The notes under the pieces were generated by a model, which was not told the DNA's origin, did not search any database, and worked only from the letters and a program-made list of their open reading frames with translations. The position numbers and the translations under genes are program-made. Shown here piece after piece: positions 36,836 to 40,522 of a DNA stretch of 40,522 nucleotides. The DNA lies in the IMG/VR virus record IMGVR_UViG_2737471847_000003, positions 1 through 40,522 of that record, one strand, 5' to 3'. Source of the stretch: a virus (taxonomy: Duplodnaviria > Heunggongvirae > Uroviricota > Caudoviricetes). Position 1 is the stretch's first letter. Each line of letters starts with the position of its first letter.

Positions 36836-38077
36836 ATGGCAAGACAAACCAAACCTCTATCCGTTAAAGAAATAGAATCAGCCAAACCCAAGGAGGCGGA
36901 CTACGTTCTCTATGATGGCGATGGCCTTGAGCTACTCATTAAATCCAGCGGGAGTAAAATCTGGCAGTTTCGCTACATTCGCCCTGTCACCAAGAAACGA
37001 GCAAAGAAGAGCATAGGCTCCTACCCGTCAGTTACCCTTGCCGATGCCAGAAACTACCGTGCAGAGTCCCGCTCACTACTGGCTAAACAGATCGATCCGC
37101 AGGAACATCAGCAAGAACAATTGCGCAGTTCGCTGGAAGCCAAAACCAACACTTTCCAACTCGTAGCTGAACGTTGGTGGAATGTGAAGAAAGCCAGTGT
37201 GACAGAGGACTATGCGGAAGATATCTGGCGCTCTCTTGAAAGAGACGTCTTTCCTGCGATTGGCGACGTTAGCGTTACAGATATTAAAGCTCATACACTG
37301 GTTCAGGCCGTACAACCGGTTCAGGCCAGAGGAGCACTGGAAACTGTTCGTCGCCTGTGCCAACGTATTAATGAGGTCATGATCTATGCCCAGAACACAG
37401 GGCTGATTGATGCTGTTCCCAGCGTTAATATCGGTAAAGCCTTCGAGAAGCCTCAGAAAAAGAACATGCCCAGCATTCGACCGGATCAGCTACCTCAGTT
37501 AATGCAGACGATGCGAACAGCCAGCATTAGCCTTTCCACACGCTGCCTGTTCATGTGGCAACTTCTTACTATTACCCGCCCTGCCGAAGCGGCTGAAGCT
37601 CTCTGGGAAGAGGTAGACATAGAAGCGCGAGAGTGGAAGATTCCTGCAGCACGCATGAAAATGAACCGCGACCATACTGTTCCATTGTCAGATGAAGCAA
37701 TTGCGATACTAGAGATGATGAAGCCGTTAAGTGGAAATCGAGAATTTATCTTTCCCAGCCGCATCAAGCCAAACCAGCCGATGAACAGTCAGACCGTAAA
37801 CGCATCGCTAAAACGCGCAGGTTTTGGTGGGGTGCTCGTTTCACACGGCCTGCGATCTATCGCCAGTACAGCCCTTAATGAGCAGGGATTTCCACCTGAT
37901 GTTATTGAGGCTGCACTTGCTCATGTGGATAAGAATGAGGTTCGTCGTGCGTATAACCGTAGTGATTATCTTGAGCAGCGACGGCCTATGATGCAGTGGT
38001 GGGCTGATTTTGTGATGGCTGCAGATCACGGTAGTATGATTGAAGGAGGGATAAAGGCAATGCGGTTAGTTGGATGA
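36836..38077 (+). CDS. intA: P4/CP4-57-type tyrosine integrase (IntA family) of a second ssrA-targeting island
   Basis: 413 aa; N-terminus MARQTKPLSVKEIESAKPKEADYVLYDGDGLELLIKSSGSKIWQFRY typical of P4-like integrases; sits right after an ssrA 3'-end copy. Confidence 0.85.
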   Translation: MARQTKPLSVKEIESAKPKEADYVLYDGDGLELLIKSSGSKIWQFRYIRPVTKKRAKKSIGSYPSVTLADARNYRAESRSLLAKQIDPQEHQQEQLRSSLEAKTNTFQLVAERWWNVKKASVTEDYAEDIWRSLERDVFPAIGDVSVTDIKAHTLVQAVQPVQARGALETVRRLCQRINEVMIYAQNTGLIDAVPSVNIGKAFEKPQKKNMPSIRPDQLPQLMQTMRTASISLSTRCLFMWQLLTITRPAEAAEALWEEVDIEAREWKIPAARMKMNRDHTVPLSDEAIAILEMMKPLSGNREFIFPSRIKPNQPMNSQTVNASLKRAGFGGVLVSHGLRSIASTALNEQGFPPDVIEAALAHVDKNEVRRAYNRSDYLEQRRPMMQWWADFVMAADHGSMIEGGIKAMRLVG

Positions 38078-38154
38078 CATGTCGTAGCTAAAACCCGTTC
38101 TGTTTTTGGGTAGATTAACCTGAAGGTCTGCAATTTTAAATGACGCTGAAAGAA

Positions 38155-38184
38155 GTTAAACCCTGCTCTTAAGCAGGGTTTTTA
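38155..38184. terminator. Bidirectional intrinsic terminator between intA and the convergent large ORF
   Basis: CCCTGCT-CTTA-AGCAGGG hairpin flanked by AAA and TTTTT. Confidence 0.7.
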
Positions 38185-38215
38185 TGATTTATTCTAATTT
38201 TGGTTTTGAATCTTT

Positions 38216-40522
38216 CTATTTTAAATCAGCCTTTGCGGCTCGAATATCTGCGTTTTTTGCTGAGTATTCCCATTCGTCAGCGATTCTAAATAGCATTGCA
38301 GAAGTACGGACGCAGTGGGGCATTGAATTTGCCCATTCTCGGTACTGCTCAGCTAATATCCTTTCTTGGTTTCCACCTTCGTAACGCATACGAGCAAATA
38401 CCCCCCTTTTATTGTACCTACCAATTTGTATACCTTGCTCTAACTCATCAGAAGATAATATTTCAATGATGTGCCGAATTGCTTCATGTGGCCAGGAATT
38501 ATCTACTGAGCTATTAGGGGCATGTGCCAGAATTTTTCCTATTACATGATCAGTGATTTCTTGGCGATGATGCAATTTTGCTAAATGGCGTACATTCTCA
38601 CACCAATCTTCAAGTTTATCTTGATCAATTTCATTGTCTATCTGCCCTGGTAGTATTCGTAATTTTTCAAGTAATCTGTATATAGAAGTAGCTCTTTTAA
38701 CTTCCAACTCCGATGGTTCTGTTTGTTCATCTTCGTCACTACGATATACAATACATATTGCTTCTATAAAAACCTCTGGCTTTTTCATCATTAGACGATG
38801 CAGGATAAGTGGCTCATCGCTATCCGGAAAACAAGGCAAGTAGGTCATTTCTTTAAATGCCAAATCTGTTTCAGAAACATCGTTACGTTGTTTGAGTTCA
38901 TCAAAAACTTTTTTTACATAGTACGATAGCATTGTATCAAATTGGATATCCTGGCTATTTATTTCTTTAACGACTATATCTAGAAGATATAAAAGTGTTG
39001 TAGATGGAATCTCAGAAAGGCGTTGATTTGCTGATATAATAGCAGCAAGACCCCGGCCCCTTTCTATATATTTATCCATAAGAACAAATAAATCCGAAGT
39101 TTTACCCATCATTGCAATGGGTTGTTTTTGCAACCAATATTTTTCGTTGATGTTATCTTCAAACCCTTCAATAATGCTCCATATCTCTTGTGAGTCTCTT
39201 AACGATGCTAAGATTTTCCCAGCCCTATCAGGGGTAATTTTAAACTGTTTAAAATACACTTTTATTTTATTAAGCCATTCAGCACCAAAGCATTCAACAC
39301 CATATTGCATTAACAACCCACAAACTTCATCAATATTTTTTTTGTTGTTAATAAGCATTACAAACAAATCATTTAATTTTTCTTCATCCAACGAGAGTGC
39401 TGATATATGCCTTGCTGCAATAAAAACATTATTAACTTGTTGAAAAAGGTCTTTCACCCCAGACAAACCTAAAGTAAAGTATATTTCCCTAAGTTTTTCA
39501 CTTCGCATTTCTTCGACAGAAGAAAAAATTCCGCCAGCATTTTCAATTGACTCTTCAATATCAGAATCCCAATCATTGAAAATCCATAAACTGGCTCTAA
39601 CCATGTCAATTGGTTTATAATTATCAAGTATTTTCGCTATTTTTTCCATAGACTCAAATTTAAATGCCCAGTTCGCATCTGAATATTTTTTATGGCGAGA
39701 ATACTCATGACGCAAAGCCTCCCATACGATGAACTGATCCTCTTCAGTTTGTTGAGAAAGGCAAAGTTCAAGATGAGAAAGTGTTTCATCTATTGCATTC
39801 TCAGGGAATGAGCTTAAATGAGAGATTAGGATTTCCCATCTTGTTGGGAGTATACCTGCAAGTTTAATTGCTTCTTGGATAATAAAGATTTGCCCCTCCC
39901 AAACAACGCCCCACGTTAGTTTTTCTACATCTTTATCCGACTCTCTGAACTTCATTTTTTGGTTTTGATCAGAGGTATCATGGGAGCGAGGAAGGAGATT
40001 TTGTAACAAACTCCACCCAATACTAGGAACAATAGTGATAATTTTTTTTATAATTGCATTTCTAACTTTTACTGGTGCCCATGTATTAGGAGACCATGCC
40101 AGAAAAATGGTTCTTAAACTATTAAGAGGGCGATCTGAGTAAGTTCCTCCGGGATCTATTACAGCGAGTTTTGCAAGACAGATTGCAGCGCGTAATAGAT
40201 ATGTTTGTTCCCAAGCCAAGGCTTCCAATGCCCATTTTAATCCATGATAATGACTTCGAGGAGTTAACAGCCCTTTATCTTCATTGAATATTGGAGCAAT
40301 CATTTCCCCATTGCCCTTAAGCAATTGCTCAAGGGCATCAAGGAAAGGGCCAGGGGCAGCTTCTGCCAGCAGCGGAAGTTGATCTCGCAAACTAACAAAT
40401 AGTCGATGGTCGTTAGCAAGTCCCGGAATACTCTGAACTATTTTGTTAACAAAATCTTGGGGTGTCATACCAGTAACCCGGAATTCGGCCTGTTCATGTA
40501 ATATGATCTTACCCAGCAATAG
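38216..40522 (-). CDS. Large hypothetical protein, 5'-truncated by the window edge
   Basis: Open frame of at least 768 codons reaching the window end with no upstream stop (track start is a TTG); AT-rich; predicted helical; no catalytic motif recognised. Confidence 0.55.
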   Translation of the reverse strand, partial: LLLGKIILHEQAEFRVTGMTPQDFVNKIVQSIPGLANDHRLFVSLRDQLPLLAEAAPGPFLDALEQLLKGNGEMIAPIFNEDKGLLTPRSHYHGLKWALEALAWEQTYLLRAAICLAKLAVIDPGGTYSDRPLNSLRTIFLAWSPNTWAPVKVRNAIIKKIITIVPSIGWSLLQNLLPRSHDTSDQNQKMKFRESDKDVEKLTWGVVWEGQIFIIQEAIKLAGILPTRWEILISHLSSFPENAIDETLSHLELCLSQQTEEDQFIVWEALRHEYSRHKKYSDANWAFKFESMEKIAKILDNYKPIDMVRASLWIFNDWDSDIEESIENAGGIFSSVEEMRSEKLREIYFTLGLSGVKDLFQQVNNVFIAARHISALSLDEEKLNDLFVMLINNKKNIDEVCGLLMQYGVECFGAEWLNKIKVYFKQFKITPDRAGKILASLRDSQEIWSIIEGFEDNINEKYWLQKQPIAMMGKTSDLFVLMDKYIERGRGLAAIISANQRLSEIPSTTLLYLLDIVVKEINSQDIQFDTMLSYYVKKVFDELKQRNDVSETDLAFKEMTYLPCFPDSDEPLILHRLMMKKPEVFIEAICIVYRSDEDEQTEPSELEVKRATSIYRLLEKLRILPGQIDNEIDQDKLEDWCENVRHLAKLHHRQEITDHVIGKILAHAPNSSVDNSWPHEAIRHIIEILSSDELEQGIQIGRYNKRGVFARMRYEGGNQERILAEQYREWANSMPHCVRTSAMLFRIADEWEYSAKNADIRAAKADLK

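Noticed and set aside
1-40522. CRISPR arrays, IS elements/transposases, rRNA or tRNA genes
   Set aside because: No regularly spaced short repeats, no transposase-like ORF with terminal inverted repeats, and no tRNA-like sequence other than the tmRNA tail.

Overview
The window holds the tmRNA gene ssrA (40-402) with a complete-looking ~36.2 kb P2/186-family (Fels-2-like) myovirus prophage inserted into its 3' end, bounded by 47-bp att direct repeats at 358-404 and 36586-36632. A second ssrA-targeting island follows in tandem: a P4/CP4-57-type IntA integrase (36836-38077) and a large AT-rich unknown gene that runs off the window edge. Prophage order, left to right: membrane moron ORF, ogr, tail operon D-U-T-E/E'-FII-FI, a Hin/Gin-family invertase with a ~1.6 kb invertible tail-fibre segment, H-I-J-W-V, S-R, lysis cassette, X-L-M-N-O, divergent P-Q, cos, an AT-rich cargo locus, a LexA-controlled DinI/Tum-like operon, replication gene A, a Dam-like methylase, small early genes, a 186-type cII-apl/cI switch, and integrase. 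Two cargo loci are the best candidates for a new or poorly described defence system: a GHKL ATPase / PD-(D/E)xK nuclease fusion convergent with a C5-cytosine methyltransferase (23595-26616), and a kinase-like / cytidine-deaminase fusion between int and attR (34606-36363). All calls come from reading the sequence and the supplied ORF translations, with family assignments by motif recognition, protein length and P2/186 synteny recalled from memory; no database search was run and AT-richness is judged by eye.
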